Assembly: GCA_029261795.1 (NCBI GenBank)
Contig: JAJDAP010000064.1
Coordinates: 3,420-67,419, forward strand
DNA: 64,000 nt
Direction of reading: 5' to 3'
Source of the DNA: Deltaproteobacteria bacterium
GTDB taxonomy: Bacteria; Myxococcota_A; UBA9160; UBA6930
The position numbers and the translations under genes were made by a program. Each line of letters opens with the position of its first letter. Within the stretch, counting starts at the first letter, position 1. The notes below the pieces were generated by a model. It searched no databases. It saw nothing but the letters and a program-made list of their open reading frames with translations, and was not told the DNA's origin. Shown here in pieces: positions 29,077-38,965 of the stretch.

Positions 29077-30303
29077 ATGAAAGCACCACCTTGCTACTTG
29101 GGTCGCACCACGCACCGAGCCAGATTTGCGCCCTTCGGGATTCAATCCCGGGACCGCCTGAGCCACATCTACGTGGTTGGAAGAACGGGCACCGGCAAGT
29201 CCACTCTCCTCGAATCGATGGTGCTGCAAGATCTACTTGTAGGAACCGGCGTTGCGCTCTTGGACCCACATGGCGATCTCGCCCAGAGGATCCATTCCTT
29301 CGCGAGCCGTCTCGGCCGCAACGTGGTTCTCCTGGATCCGGTTCGCGCTCCAGGCTCCTTCGGGCTGAACCCGTTGCGACCCGTCGCAGCTCCGCTCCGA
29401 CCCCTTGCGGCATCGGGTCTCCTTGAGGTTCTTCGCAAGCTCTGGGACGAGAAGGCCTGGGGACCGCGGATGGAGCACATCCTCCGAAACGCGATCCTTG
29501 CTCTTCTCGACCATGGCGACGCGACCATTGCCGACATTCCGCGCCTCTTTCGAGATCGTAGTTTTCGAAACTCAGTGGCGCGTGGGTGCCAAAACCCGGA
29601 GGTCCGCACCTTCTGGTTGGAAGAGTTCTCGGGCTACTCGCATCGGATGAGAGCCGAAGCGGTTGCGCCGATACTGAACAAGGTTGGCGCATTCCTCTCA
29701 GATCCTCGCGTCCTGCAAGTCCTCACCAAGAACAAGAACCAGCTTTCTCTTCGCCGGACCATGGACGAAGGGAAGGTGTTGATTGCGAACCTCTCAAAGG
29801 GCGAGTTGGGATCGGACTCGTCCAACCTTCTCGGTGGGCTCCTCGTTTCCACCATCGGACTCGCTGCGCTCTCTCGGGCCTCAATCCCGGAAGAGGAGCG
29901 CAGGCCCTTCTTTGTCTACGTCGACGAGTTTCAGAGCTTCTCGACTCGCTCGATCGGTGATATGGCGGCGGAATTGAGGAAGTACCGCGTCGGTCTGGTC
30001 CTGGCGCACCAGTTCCTACACCAACTGGATCCGGAGGTTCGGTACTCCGTCCTGGGCAATGCCGGAACGATCATCTCTTTCCGGGTCGGCCCGCAGGACG
30101 CTTCGCTCATTGCCAGCGAGTTCGACCCGGTTCTATCCGCGATGAACGTCCTCAACCTTCCGAACTATCACATCTATCTGAAGCTGATGATCGACGGAGC
30201 GCCGAGTCGTCCGTTCTCAGCGGTCACCCTGCAGCCCGAGGAGGCACTCCGTTTGGGTCAGAAACAGCGTGTGAGAGAATTGTCTCGCCATCTGGTTCTG
30301 TAG
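29077..30303 (+). CDS. VirD4/TraD/HerA-like ATPase (coupling-protein-like)
   Basis: GRTGTGKST, LDPHGDL, YVDEFQ, RKYRVGLVLAHQ. Confidence 0.85.
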   Translation: MKAPPCYLGRTTHRARFAPFGIQSRDRLSHIYVVGRTGTGKSTLLESMVLQDLLVGTGVALLDPHGDLAQRIHSFASRLGRNVVLLDPVRAPGSFGLNPLRPVAAPLRPLAASGLLEVLRKLWDEKAWGPRMEHILRNAILALLDHGDATIADIPRLFRDRSFRNSVARGCQNPEVRTFWLEEFSGYSHRMRAEAVAPILNKVGAFLSDPRVLQVLTKNKNQLSLRRTMDEGKVLIANLSKGELGSDSSNLLGGLLVSTIGLAALSRASIPEEERRPFFVYVDEFQSFSTRSIGDMAAELRKYRVGLVLAHQFLHQLDPEVRYSVLGNAGTIISFRVGPQDASLIASEFDPVLSAMNVLNLPNYHIYLKLMIDGAPSRPFSAVTLQPEEALRLGQKQRVRELSRHLVL

Positions 30304-30337
30304 TCAAATAGCATCCTCTGCAGAGGAGGATCCCGCC

Positions 30338-31072
30338 ATGGAAGAACAAGACATCCGAATTCCGACGGTTCGAGGCCCGCTCGCGGCCGCGGGACTAGCG
30401 ATCGCCAAGGTCAGCGCGGGGTTATTCGCGGGCAACCTGGCCTCGGCGTTGTTCGTTGCGGCGTTCGCTCCATCCCCATCAGGACTGGTGATCGTGCTCG
30501 GGCTCGTGATCTTGGTTGGAGTCACCTGGGCTGCCGTGCGGGGGATCAACCGGTTCTTTCCGACTTCGGGTGTGGGCCTGGTGCCGGCAGCCATCGTCGG
30601 ACGCTGGAGTCAGATGATCGAAGGGCTCGTGATGAGCCCGTCCTCGTTCTATGAATCGTTTCGAGAAGCGATTGCTGAGAAACAGATCCCGGATCTGGAG
30701 ATCGGTGAAGTGTATGCCCACGAAGGCGGGGTCTTCTCATCGAAGCGTCTCTATCTGACTGTAAAGCGCGGAGAGCTCGTCTACCTCATCTGCGGAGCGC
30801 CCTTTGGGAATGGATTCTTCGTTTCATCGTGGCTTGGACCGCGAGCGAGTACGTGGCTCATCCTGGCCTCGATCATGCCGCTTGGAAGCCTCATGTTTCC
30901 CTGGCTCTTTCGAGACAAGACGTACCACGAGTACGACACCACCTCCATGTTCCAAAGCCTCGTCCATAGCGCGCTCACGGGAACCGTGGACGGCATGGTC
31001 GAGACCAAGGGCCTGCGGCCTCTGACGGACAACGACCGAAAGCCGATCCTCCGAGAGTTCTTCGCGAACTAA
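30338..31072 (+). CDS. Hypothetical membrane protein
   Basis: Multiple hydrophobic segments; same orientation between the two ATPase genes. Confidence 0.65.
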   Translation: MEEQDIRIPTVRGPLAAAGLAIAKVSAGLFAGNLASALFVAAFAPSPSGLVIVLGLVILVGVTWAAVRGINRFFPTSGVGLVPAAIVGRWSQMIEGLVMSPSSFYESFREAIAEKQIPDLEIGEVYAHEGGVFSSKRLYLTVKRGELVYLICGAPFGNGFFVSSWLGPRASTWLILASIMPLGSLMFPWLFRDKTYHEYDTTSMFQSLVHSALTGTVDGMVETKGLRPLTDNDRKPILREFFAN

Positions 31073-31076
31073 CCCC

Positions 31077-34004
31077 ATGGACCGAGAGGCGCTGATCCAG
31101 GAGTTCTACGACTGGGAGCTCCGTGGTAGGGGGTGGGATGCGTGGCCCTACCGGGTGACCCTCGAGCCTCCGTTCCGACCGTTCATTGGCCACGGCCTGA
31201 CCATCCGCACGCCCCCGGTCGATGACGGACAGGTCCCGTCGCTTGCGCACAGGATCGGACAGCGATTGGGCCTGCTCGTGGGGGCTGCCGATGAACCGAC
31301 TCCTGACGTGGAGCTGACTGAACTCGAGGCGCTGGATGCAGAGGCCGCCGACGTTCAAGAGTTCGTCAGTTTTCGGTTGCGGAGTCCAGAGGGGGTCGTC
31401 GTACCGAGGGAGACGCTCGACCGTTTTCTCCTTGCCGCGACGTACCCGCACCACCTGGTGGCATTCGATGTTGTCGCGGAAGGAGGGGAAATCTCGTTCT
31501 CCTTCTCTTGCCCCGCGCGTGTGAGCGATCACTTCGAGAGCATCCTTGCTGTATATGTGCCGGAACTCGTCGCCGAGAAGTGCGATTGCCTAAAGGCCGG
31601 ATGGGACGAGGCCGAGGGACTCGGCTTCGTTATCGAGTTTGGATTATCGGAGGAATTCCTTCTTCCGCTCGGGAGCAATCACGATCCCGTCCTGTTTCCC
31701 GCCTTGCTCGCTGCGCTTTCCCGTCTCGATTCGACCGAGTGCGGTGTCTTCCAAGTCCTCCTTCAGCCCGTCGCCAAGCCCTGGAGTCCATCGATTCTGC
31801 AGATTGCGGGCGACGGCACGGGGGGTTGCTTCTTTTCGGATGCCCCCGAAATCCTCAACGGAGCGAAGGTCAAAACACGATCCCCTCTATACGCCACCGT
31901 CGTGCGGATCGGGGTGCGATCCCTCAATGGAAAGCGAGCCGCTTCGGTTCTCCGCGGCATTGGTGGAGGCCTCTTCCAACTCGGGACTCCAAGCGGCAAC
32001 GCCTTCATGCCGCTCGACTTCTCGGGGGAGCATGCCGAGTGGCATGAAGCGGACCTGTTAGAACGCACGACCCACCGCAGTGGAATGATCCTGTCCGGCG
32101 AAGAGGTGAGTGGGCTCCTCGCATTCCCAGACGACTCCGTCGCGACCGAGAAGCTCGCCCGAGTCGATGCACGGACGAAGGCGATTGGCGAACGAGTTCC
32201 GGGCGAACTTGTCCTCGGAACGAACGTCCATCGCGGAGTGACGCGTGAGGTGACGCTCAGCGCAGAAGAGCGCTCCCGGCACCTGCACGTCATCGGGGCA
32301 TCCGGAACCGGGAAGACCGTGTTCCTGGAATCTCTCATCACGCAAGACATCAAGGCCGGCAGAGGCTGCGCCGTCCTGGATCCGCACGGTGACTTGGTCG
32401 ATTCGCTCACGGGGAGGATTCCGAATGAGCGAATCGACGAAACCATCGTGTTCGATCCGTCTGATCTCGAACATCCCGTTGGCTTCAACATCTTGGAAGC
32501 GAAGGGCGCGATCGAAGCCCAAGTCCTCGAGAGCGACCTTGTCGGGATCTTCCGGAGATTCGCCACGAGCTGGGGCGATCAGATGACCGCAGTCCTCGGC
32601 AACGCCGTGGGTGCCATCCTGTCTTCGCCACGCGGTGGATCCATCCTTGAACTCCGCGAACTGCTTCGGAACAAGGAGTTCCGATCCGAGTACCTGTCTT
32701 CCGTCACCGACGACGAAGTTCGGCAGTTCTGGGCCTTGGAGTTTCCGAAGCTCTCAGGTCGACCCGAGAGTTCGATCTTGAGCCGCCTCAATGCCTTCCT
32801 GCGCCCGAAGCCGATCCGCAACGTCGTCGGCCAGACGGAGCAGACACTCGACCTCGAGGACATTGTATCCGCGGGGAAGATCCTCCTCGTGCGACTTCCG
32901 GTGGGCCTCATTGGCGAAGAGAACGCTCATCTCCTGGGTAGTCTTCTTGTTGCCAAGATTCACCAAGTGGCACTCATGCGACAGCGCGTTGACGTTGCTG
33001 ACCGACCGCCCTTCCATCTCTTCGTCGATGAATTCCACCACTTCGCAACTCCTTCGATCGCATCTATTCTGGAGGGGGCAAGGAAGTACGGGCTCGGCCT
33101 CGTTCTCGCGCACCAGAGCTTGCACCAAGTTCGTAACGAAGAAGCAGTACATGCGGCACTCGCGAATGCCCACACGCGAGTGGCGTTCCGACTGGGTGAC
33201 GATGACTCACGAAGGCTTGAAGGGGGCTTCGCATCCTTCTCTCGAACCGATCTTGAAGATCTCGGGATGGGCCGCGCGATCGCGCGGATTGGCGAAGCGA
33301 GAAGTGACTTCACACTCCAGACAGAGATGCTCCCAGAGTCGGATCAGGAGCAACGACTGCATGTCCTGCAGCGATCGGCTCAAAACTTCGGAGGGGATCC
33401 GCTCGAGCAGGGCGCCTCGACGGTGCAGAGTGACGGACCCCCAGACGACCCTCCCCACGTCCCCGAGGTCCCCCGAGTCCCCGCGGAAAAGAAGCCGCGA
33501 GCGAAACCCACTCCGGGACGGGGCGGGCCGGAGCACAAGTACATTCAACAACTAACCAAGCGTCTCGCCGAAGAGCGAGGCTGGCGCGCCGTGATTGAGG
33601 AACACCTTCCGGATGGCGGTCGCGTCGATGTCGCTCTCTCTCAGGGCACTGAGCGTATTGCGATCGAGATCTCTGTCACGACAGATCCTTCGCACGAGCT
33701 TGGGAATGTTCGAAAATGCCTAGAGGCAGGGTTCCCGCGTGTCGTTCTCGTCGGCCGAGATGAGGCGACTGCCGCTAGACTTCGGAAGGCCATTGAACGG
33801 GATTGGGCCGACGCTCCAGTAGAGGTCGTGACCCCGGGTGAGCTATCGTCAGTCATCCCGGCGACGACACAAGAGAGCATTGGTTCAACAGTGCGCGGCT
33901 ATCGGGTGCGCGTGAGCCACAAGGCGGGTGCGAACTCGCCGGACGAGGCGCTTGCACGAATTGTGGCCGAGTCTGTTCGCCGGCGAACGAAGGACCGCAA
34001 GTAG
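31077..34004 (+). CDS. Large VirD4/TraD-like ATPase with C-terminal nuclease-like domain
   Basis: GASGTGKT, LDPHGDL, FVDEFH, RKYGLGLVLAHQ; C-terminal RVDVAL...IAIEIS. Confidence 0.8.
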   Translation: MDREALIQEFYDWELRGRGWDAWPYRVTLEPPFRPFIGHGLTIRTPPVDDGQVPSLAHRIGQRLGLLVGAADEPTPDVELTELEALDAEAADVQEFVSFRLRSPEGVVVPRETLDRFLLAATYPHHLVAFDVVAEGGEISFSFSCPARVSDHFESILAVYVPELVAEKCDCLKAGWDEAEGLGFVIEFGLSEEFLLPLGSNHDPVLFPALLAALSRLDSTECGVFQVLLQPVAKPWSPSILQIAGDGTGGCFFSDAPEILNGAKVKTRSPLYATVVRIGVRSLNGKRAASVLRGIGGGLFQLGTPSGNAFMPLDFSGEHAEWHEADLLERTTHRSGMILSGEEVSGLLAFPDDSVATEKLARVDARTKAIGERVPGELVLGTNVHRGVTREVTLSAEERSRHLHVIGASGTGKTVFLESLITQDIKAGRGCAVLDPHGDLVDSLTGRIPNERIDETIVFDPSDLEHPVGFNILEAKGAIEAQVLESDLVGIFRRFATSWGDQMTAVLGNAVGAILSSPRGGSILELRELLRNKEFRSEYLSSVTDDEVRQFWALEFPKLSGRPESSILSRLNAFLRPKPIRNVVGQTEQTLDLEDIVSAGKILLVRLPVGLIGEENAHLLGSLLVAKIHQVALMRQRVDVADRPPFHLFVDEFHHFATPSIASILEGARKYGLGLVLAHQSLHQVRNEEAVHAALANAHTRVAFRLGDDDSRRLEGGFASFSRTDLEDLGMGRAIARIGEARSDFTLQTEMLPESDQEQRLHVLQRSAQNFGGDPLEQGASTVQSDGPPDDPPHVPEVPRVPAEKKPRAKPTPGRGGPEHKYIQQLTKRLAEERGWRAVIEEHLPDGGRVDVALSQGTERIAIEISVTTDPSHELGNVRKCLEAGFPRVVLVGRDEATAARLRKAIERDWADAPVEVVTPGELSSVIPATTQESIGSTVRGYRVRVSHKAGANSPDEALARIVAESVRRRTKDRK

Positions 34005-34290
34005 GCGCACCGCTCGGGCCTGCGCCGCTGGTTGACGTCCAAGTCAGCGCAGCGCTAGCTGCCGTAGTCCAACCACTCGGCCTCAATATCGTCCTCGACG
34101 CCCCGGGTCGTCACGACGATATTGCCGCTAGTGGCTGTGTTGAAGATTGCCTCGGAGAAGTCGTTCCGAACGGTTTGCCGAGAGGCTACGCAACGCGGAC
34201 GGCTGAAAGTACTACTCCTACGCGGAAAGGGAACCATCACCGGCACCGTAGGGGCGGGCGCGACGGTGTAGAATCGGCGCGGCACATCGG

Positions 34291-34539
34291 TTGGAGGGGT
34301 CAGTGGCGAAGGCGAAGTGTCTAGACGCAGCGTACGCGGTCTTGAAGCAGGCCGGGGAGCCGCTCCATGTTCAGGAGCTCACCCGTCGCATGCTGGATAA
34401 CGGTGCGTGGGAGAGCAACGGCAAGACGCCGATGGATTCGGTGAACGCGAGAATCGCTGTTGATATCAAGAAGAACGGGAGCTTCTCGAGGTTCAAACGC
34501 GTAGCGGGGTCGACGTACGAACTTTCCGGAAGGGGCTAG
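34291..34539 (+). CDS. Stand-alone HARE-HTH (winged helix) protein
   Basis: DAAYAVLKQAGEPLH..EL, GKTP..SVNARI, SRFKRV. Confidence 0.7.
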   Translation: MEGSVAKAKCLDAAYAVLKQAGEPLHVQELTRRMLDNGAWESNGKTPMDSVNARIAVDIKKNGSFSRFKRVAGSTYELSGRG

Positions 34540-35486
34540 TCGCCGCCGAGAATCTTTGCGACCTCAGCGAAGTGGTCTCGGATTTCTTCCACCTGGTCGG
34601 GTGAGGGCGCCTTCTTCTGCTTGGCCACCTGGTCCGCGATGCGCTCAAGTCGCCTTGCGATGACGTCTTCGGCGCGGTCTTCGACAAAGAGTGCGAGGAA
34701 CCGATTCCAGTACTCAAGGGGAACGCCGAGGAGGTCCCGCGTAAAGAGCTCTGTCATGTAGTCGTCCATGATGCGAACGCGAGCGATTCGGCCGAAGTTG
34801 CCGCCTCCATCTTTCTTCGGGACGTCTGAAATCTCATCCGATTTCGTAGGGTAGGGCTCTGTGACGGTCGAGAGGGTAATGCCTGTGTCGCCGCCCTTGC
34901 CTTTCTTGCCGAACTCCCAGAACCAGTTCCGGTACGCAGCGGCGTAACGCGCCTGCTCGACGTAGGGCTTGAAGAGTTGCGGTGACCCGGCAACGACGTT
35001 GCTAAGCGCCCAGGGATAAACGACTAGAAGGTCCTGAGGTGCGCAGACCGCTGGCGTTACCTTGAATCGGAAGCTGGGTTCATGCTCCTTGGCGAGCACG
35101 AACCAGCCCTTCAGCTCGATTCCCATAAGGACTGGCGGGCGGGTTTCGGGAGCAACGGCTCGCAGTGTTACGTCCGGGAACGTCTGTGGCTGCCGGACGA
35201 ACGTGTAGCCCGTATACTCCTCGTCCGGGTCCCAGCTTGAGCGAAGGCTGTTGAGCGCATCCACGACCTGGCTCTCGATGGTGGCGCCGAGCGAGGTGTT
35301 GAACGTGTGGAGGTCGGTGGCAAGAACTCCAGAGATGTGAAGGTCGGAGTCGAAAAATGAGGGGAGTGCATAGATGGTGTCCCGAACCGCCTCGTGGAGC
35401 TTCTGGTGTGGCCACCCCGGCGGAAGTGCCTCAGGTTCGGGCGGATTCGGTGCGCCAGGCGGAACGTCGACGTCAGGAGGCGACAT
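34536..35486 (-). CDS. Putative restriction endonuclease (PD-(D/E)XK)
   Basis: FPDV....GIELKGW; overlaps the end of the methyltransferase gene. Confidence 0.6.
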   Translation of the reverse strand: MSPPDVDVPPGAPNPPEPEALPPGWPHQKLHEAVRDTIYALPSFFDSDLHISGVLATDLHTFNTSLGATIESQVVDALNSLRSSWDPDEEYTGYTFVRQPQTFPDVTLRAVAPETRPPVLMGIELKGWFVLAKEHEPSFRFKVTPAVCAPQDLLVVYPWALSNVVAGSPQLFKPYVEQARYAAAYRNWFWEFGKKGKGGDTGITLSTVTEPYPTKSDEISDVPKKDGGGNFGRIARVRIMDDYMTELFTRDLLGVPLEYWNRFLALFVEDRAEDVIARRLERIADQVAKQKKAPSPDQVEEIRDHFAEVAKILGGD

Positions 35487-36621
35487 TCTTCGCCTTTAGT
35501 GCCTTGGCCTCGGTCTTCAGGCGGTCGGAAGCTGCCTCGAAGAAGGACCGCTGGATTTCAGCGCCATAGCACTTTCGCCCGGTTCGAAGGGCTGCAATAG
35601 CAGCCGTGGAGAGACCACCGAAGGGTTCCCAGACGATGTCTCCAGGGTCCGTCGAGGCAAGGACTGTCTGCTCGATGAGACGGAGAGGCTTCTGGTTCGT
35701 GTGGACAATCTTCGAGTCGCGGCCGCGCAGTCGCTCAGAGTTCCGAAGTGCGGGCTCCCTAAAGACGTTAGTTACACCGTGCGTGTGGTTCCATTTCGCA
35801 CGGAGCTTCGCCCACTGGTCCGCGTTGAGAGGCGTCTTCCCGTCTAGCGAAAAGTAGGGTCGTCCGGTGAGTTTCCCATGCTTCTTCGCGTACGCGGCAA
35901 GCCGGACCATCATCTCCGGGGGCGGGAAATACCAAAGGTGGCACTGGGTGAAGTACTTGCGCGTGGCGGCGTTCTTCACTCCGCAGGCTTCGTTTGTGAC
36001 GCAGAGCGGAAGGCCAGTCCGGAGCCACTCTTCGCGAAGCCATCGCTTCAGGGGCTGCGGGTTCCCGTTGGCGTCGGCAAGCCGAACGTCGCGGATGTAC
36101 TGCACGCAGACTTCCGTTACGACCGGGAAGCGCCTGATGGTGTTCCCGTTGCAGTTCCCGGCAACGTGGGCGACGCCCTTGTCCCAGATGTTGCAGGTCT
36201 TGTACTCCCAGCCGTGGAGCTTTAGGACGGGGTGAACCTCGGCCCAGCCGAGCTCTGTACCCCAGAACCAGAGGGTGGTCTCAGGAAGTGAGTACTTAGC
36301 CCAGGCGGCGGCGTGCGGTGCATACCATTCAGCCAGGCCCTCCGTGGTCGGGAGATCACCTTTGAAGCCGCGCACGCCGTACGGTCCATCGGCGATTATC
36401 GCTGTGGGTGCCGGCCACGTTGCGTAGCAGTCAGCCGCATCAGCGAGGTCGAGGCGAACCTGGTCGATCTTGAGGAACGTCGTCTTCGGTTTTCGAGTGC
36501 GGGGGCGCGAGCGCGCCGTCGACGTCGTGCGCTTCTTCTTCGCTCCAGGCTCTAGCTTTGTGACCTTGCGGGGCATTTCCAACCGGAGATAGATGTCTTG
36601 GTCCCATGCCCACACTCGCAC
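35473..36621 (-). CDS. N4/N6 DNA methyltransferase (beta-class motif order)
   Basis: DGPY motif IV before HTNQKP and EPFGG motif I. Confidence 0.85.
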   Translation of the reverse strand: MRVWAWDQDIYLRLEMPRKVTKLEPGAKKKRTTSTARSRPRTRKPKTTFLKIDQVRLDLADAADCYATWPAPTAIIADGPYGVRGFKGDLPTTEGLAEWYAPHAAAWAKYSLPETTLWFWGTELGWAEVHPVLKLHGWEYKTCNIWDKGVAHVAGNCNGNTIRRFPVVTEVCVQYIRDVRLADANGNPQPLKRWLREEWLRTGLPLCVTNEACGVKNAATRKYFTQCHLWYFPPPEMMVRLAAYAKKHGKLTGRPYFSLDGKTPLNADQWAKLRAKWNHTHGVTNVFREPALRNSERLRGRDSKIVHTNQKPLRLIEQTVLASTDPGDIVWEPFGGLSTAAIAALRTGRKCYGAEIQRSFFEAASDRLKTEAKALKAKNVAS

Positions 36622-36730
36622 GATACGACGGGGCCGGATAGAACTATCCTAGATGTCTACCTTGCGGAGGATTGCTTGCGGGGCGGGATGCGTTGCCAGT
36701 CTACGACCGGCCTAGATGCACGGCAAGGAC

Positions 36731-37099
36731 CTAGGTGTCCTTCCGCGCCTGGTACTGGCAGTGGCACTCCTGGGGCGTGTCGTTGACGACCGCCTGTACC
36801 AGGTCGGTCATCTCCCGCCGGTCCTCGAAGACGTCCGTTCGCTCGTCACCGTGGCTGATGAGCCAGTTCCCGAGCCGGTACGCGTCTTCGAAGTTCCAGG
36901 AGAGCGGGTCGTGGTGGTCGCCGCAGTAGCTGCAGCGCTCGAGGAGGCCGACCTGGACGGCGATGGCCCTGGCGACGGCGCGAGCGTCTTCGAGGCGGTC
37001 AAGTTCGCGTTTCGCAAAGCTCAATGGGGGTACCTCCGGAGCCTCATAGTCTAGCGATCTCACGTGTCCCGGCATGGGTGGCGGGACTGTCAAGGGCAC
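36731..37099 (-). CDS. Hypothetical Cys-containing protein
   Basis: CSYC..H and terminal CHC; upstream of the methyltransferase. Confidence 0.45.
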   Translation of the reverse strand: MPLTVPPPMPGHVRSLDYEAPEVPPLSFAKRELDRLEDARAVARAIAVQVGLLERCSYCGDHHDPLSWNFEDAYRLGNWLISHGDERTDVFEDRREMTDLVQAVVNDTPQECHCQYQARKDT

Positions 37100-37200
37100 G
37101 TCAGCGTTACGTTTTCAGCATGGAATCGAGGGGAGCGTGCGAAGCTACGGCGAGGCAGACATCCTGGTGCGGGACAGAATCTGCGGAAAGGTCCGGCACT

Positions 37201-37430
37201 TCACCTCTCCCAGCGCGCAGTCGCACCACGCCTCGAGCTGACGCTCGAAGTGACCCTGGTCGAGACTAACGACGCCCTGCCAGGGCTCGAGGAGGCGGTG
37301 CCGTTCGCGGCCGCAGCGAGCATGCTCAAGAATCTCCTGCGACGAGCCTCCGATAGTGGCATTGGCGTCCTTCGGCCCGACTCCCAGGTCTGCCAGCTCG
37401 ACTCGCCCACTCCTGCTTCCCTTTACCTCG
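37201..37430 (-). pseudogene. Degraded copy of the triple-HTH module
   Basis: ESSWQTWESGRRTPMPLSEARRRRFL matches the 38966 and 46457 ORFs; DNA ~37325-37420 resembles ~39197-39290. Confidence 0.7.
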
Positions 37431-37939
37431 GCGAGGTACTCGGGCGGAGCTTCGCATTGCATGGGAGCTTGTCCGATTCGCCAGCGTTGGCGGCACGCTA
37501 TCCGATGCGCGGGCGTTCCGACGCAGCAGGTTACAGCGCAATAGCTTCCCTCTGTCGCGGGAAGACGCAGCTGCCTTGGCGACTCTGGGATTCAGCGGTG
37601 GATCGCCCGAAGCAGCTCACCTACTTCGAACAGAGGCTCACGTGGATCGAGGCTACGCCCACGTTTTCGAAGCCCGGCCCATCAGCGTTTTCGTTTGCTC
37701 TGCCCACGGACTACCGGTCCGCGGGGCACGATGGAGAATCACCGCGCGGCGTCCGGCCTCATGCTGAAGAAGGAAAACGATGCGGCAGCGGTCGCGATTC
37801 CGACCGTGACTACCACTACCACCAAACCTACGGTCACGATCGGGAGAGAACTGGGACCAAATGGGGTATGTCAGTGAGCGTATCGCGAGGACATCAGGGA
37901 CTTTCGTCAATAGGCAGCGAGCTACTGGTCGGTTCTGAT

Positions 37940-38611
37940 TCAGGGCTGCTCGGGTGCCGGTTTTCTGCACGCACCGACGTGGTCCTGCTGGACCTTCGCC
38001 TTGCGCCGCTCGCAATCGTTGGAGTAGGTCACTCCGTTGCAACCGCAAACCGGCCAGTATTGGGTCGTGCACTGCCCAGGTTTGTCGACGCACACTCCTT
38101 GAAGGTCGACTGCTCCACAGTATCCGGGATCGAGGTCGCACCATCTCCCGCCACGGCACGCGCGGCCGTCGATGCCGCCGCAAGCCTCTGCAGGTGCAAC
38201 ACCACGCTTGGCGACTGGAGCCGAGAGGCAGTCTGCGAGCGATACGGTCTGTACGCCCCTACCGACCCCGTACACTCGGACTCCCTCGACGTCGGCTTCG
38301 GGGAATCGCGTCCATGAATGTGATGCCTTGACTTCCGAGATGACCCACAACACGATGCCAGTCGGTCTCTTGGCCACGAGATCGTATTCCCAAATCCCGT
38401 CCGGCGGAGGCTGGACATAGACACGGCGAAGCAGCTGTACGTCAGACCAACCGCTGCTGGGGACCAGACCAGTCACATCGAGTCGGAGGTTCGGTGGGCT
38501 GCTCTTCTCTAGAGAGCATTGAACCTCGACGACATCGCGAACGTGCTCGAGCGCAGCTGCGGCGTTTGGCATGAACAACAACGTAAGCAACAAGGGTAGT
38601 ACGGTTCGCAT
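37940..38611 (-). CDS. Secreted protein with Kazal-type domain
   Basis: Signal peptide; CTTQYWPVCGCNGVTYSNDC..C. Confidence 0.8.
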   Translation of the reverse strand: MRTVLPLLLTLLFMPNAAAALEHVRDVVEVQCSLEKSSPPNLRLDVTGLVPSSGWSDVQLLRRVYVQPPPDGIWEYDLVAKRPTGIVLWVISEVKASHSWTRFPEADVEGVRVYGVGRGVQTVSLADCLSAPVAKRGVAPAEACGGIDGRACRGGRWCDLDPGYCGAVDLQGVCVDKPGQCTTQYWPVCGCNGVTYSNDCERRKAKVQQDHVGACRKPAPEQP

Positions 38612-38900
38612 AGAATTCCTTTCGTTAGTAGGCCAGCAACAACCTAGCATCTCCAGCTGTCCACGGATCACAGAAACAATGGCGAGAGGTACGCGGGGTG
38701 CAGAACTTCACGACCCCAGTCGACCCAAATGGGGTGCAATAAGATTCACTCACTTGTATCCGTATCGCCGTCTGCATAGCGTGCGATATGTCGAATAGCA
38801 GCCATAGAGTTCCAGCCGATCGATGTCGGCGTAGAGCTTGGCGAGCCGGTCGCGGACCGTGTCATCGGCGATCAGATCCGAAGGAGCTTCGCAGCCGACG

Positions 38901-38965
38901 TGACCTGACACCCAACGTAGGGCCGTTGGAAGTGAGAGATTCGTGCCCCTTGGGCGTCAGGAGCC
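38901..38965 (-). repeat. IS3-like terminal remnant
   Basis: TGACCTGACACCCAACGTAGGGCCGTTGGAAGTGAGAGATTC, similar to 15369-15410. Confidence 0.6.

Noticed and set aside
36588-36740. Several TAG(A/G)TG(T/C) words upstream of the methyltransferase
   Set aside because: Short, irregularly spaced, not distinguishable from chance
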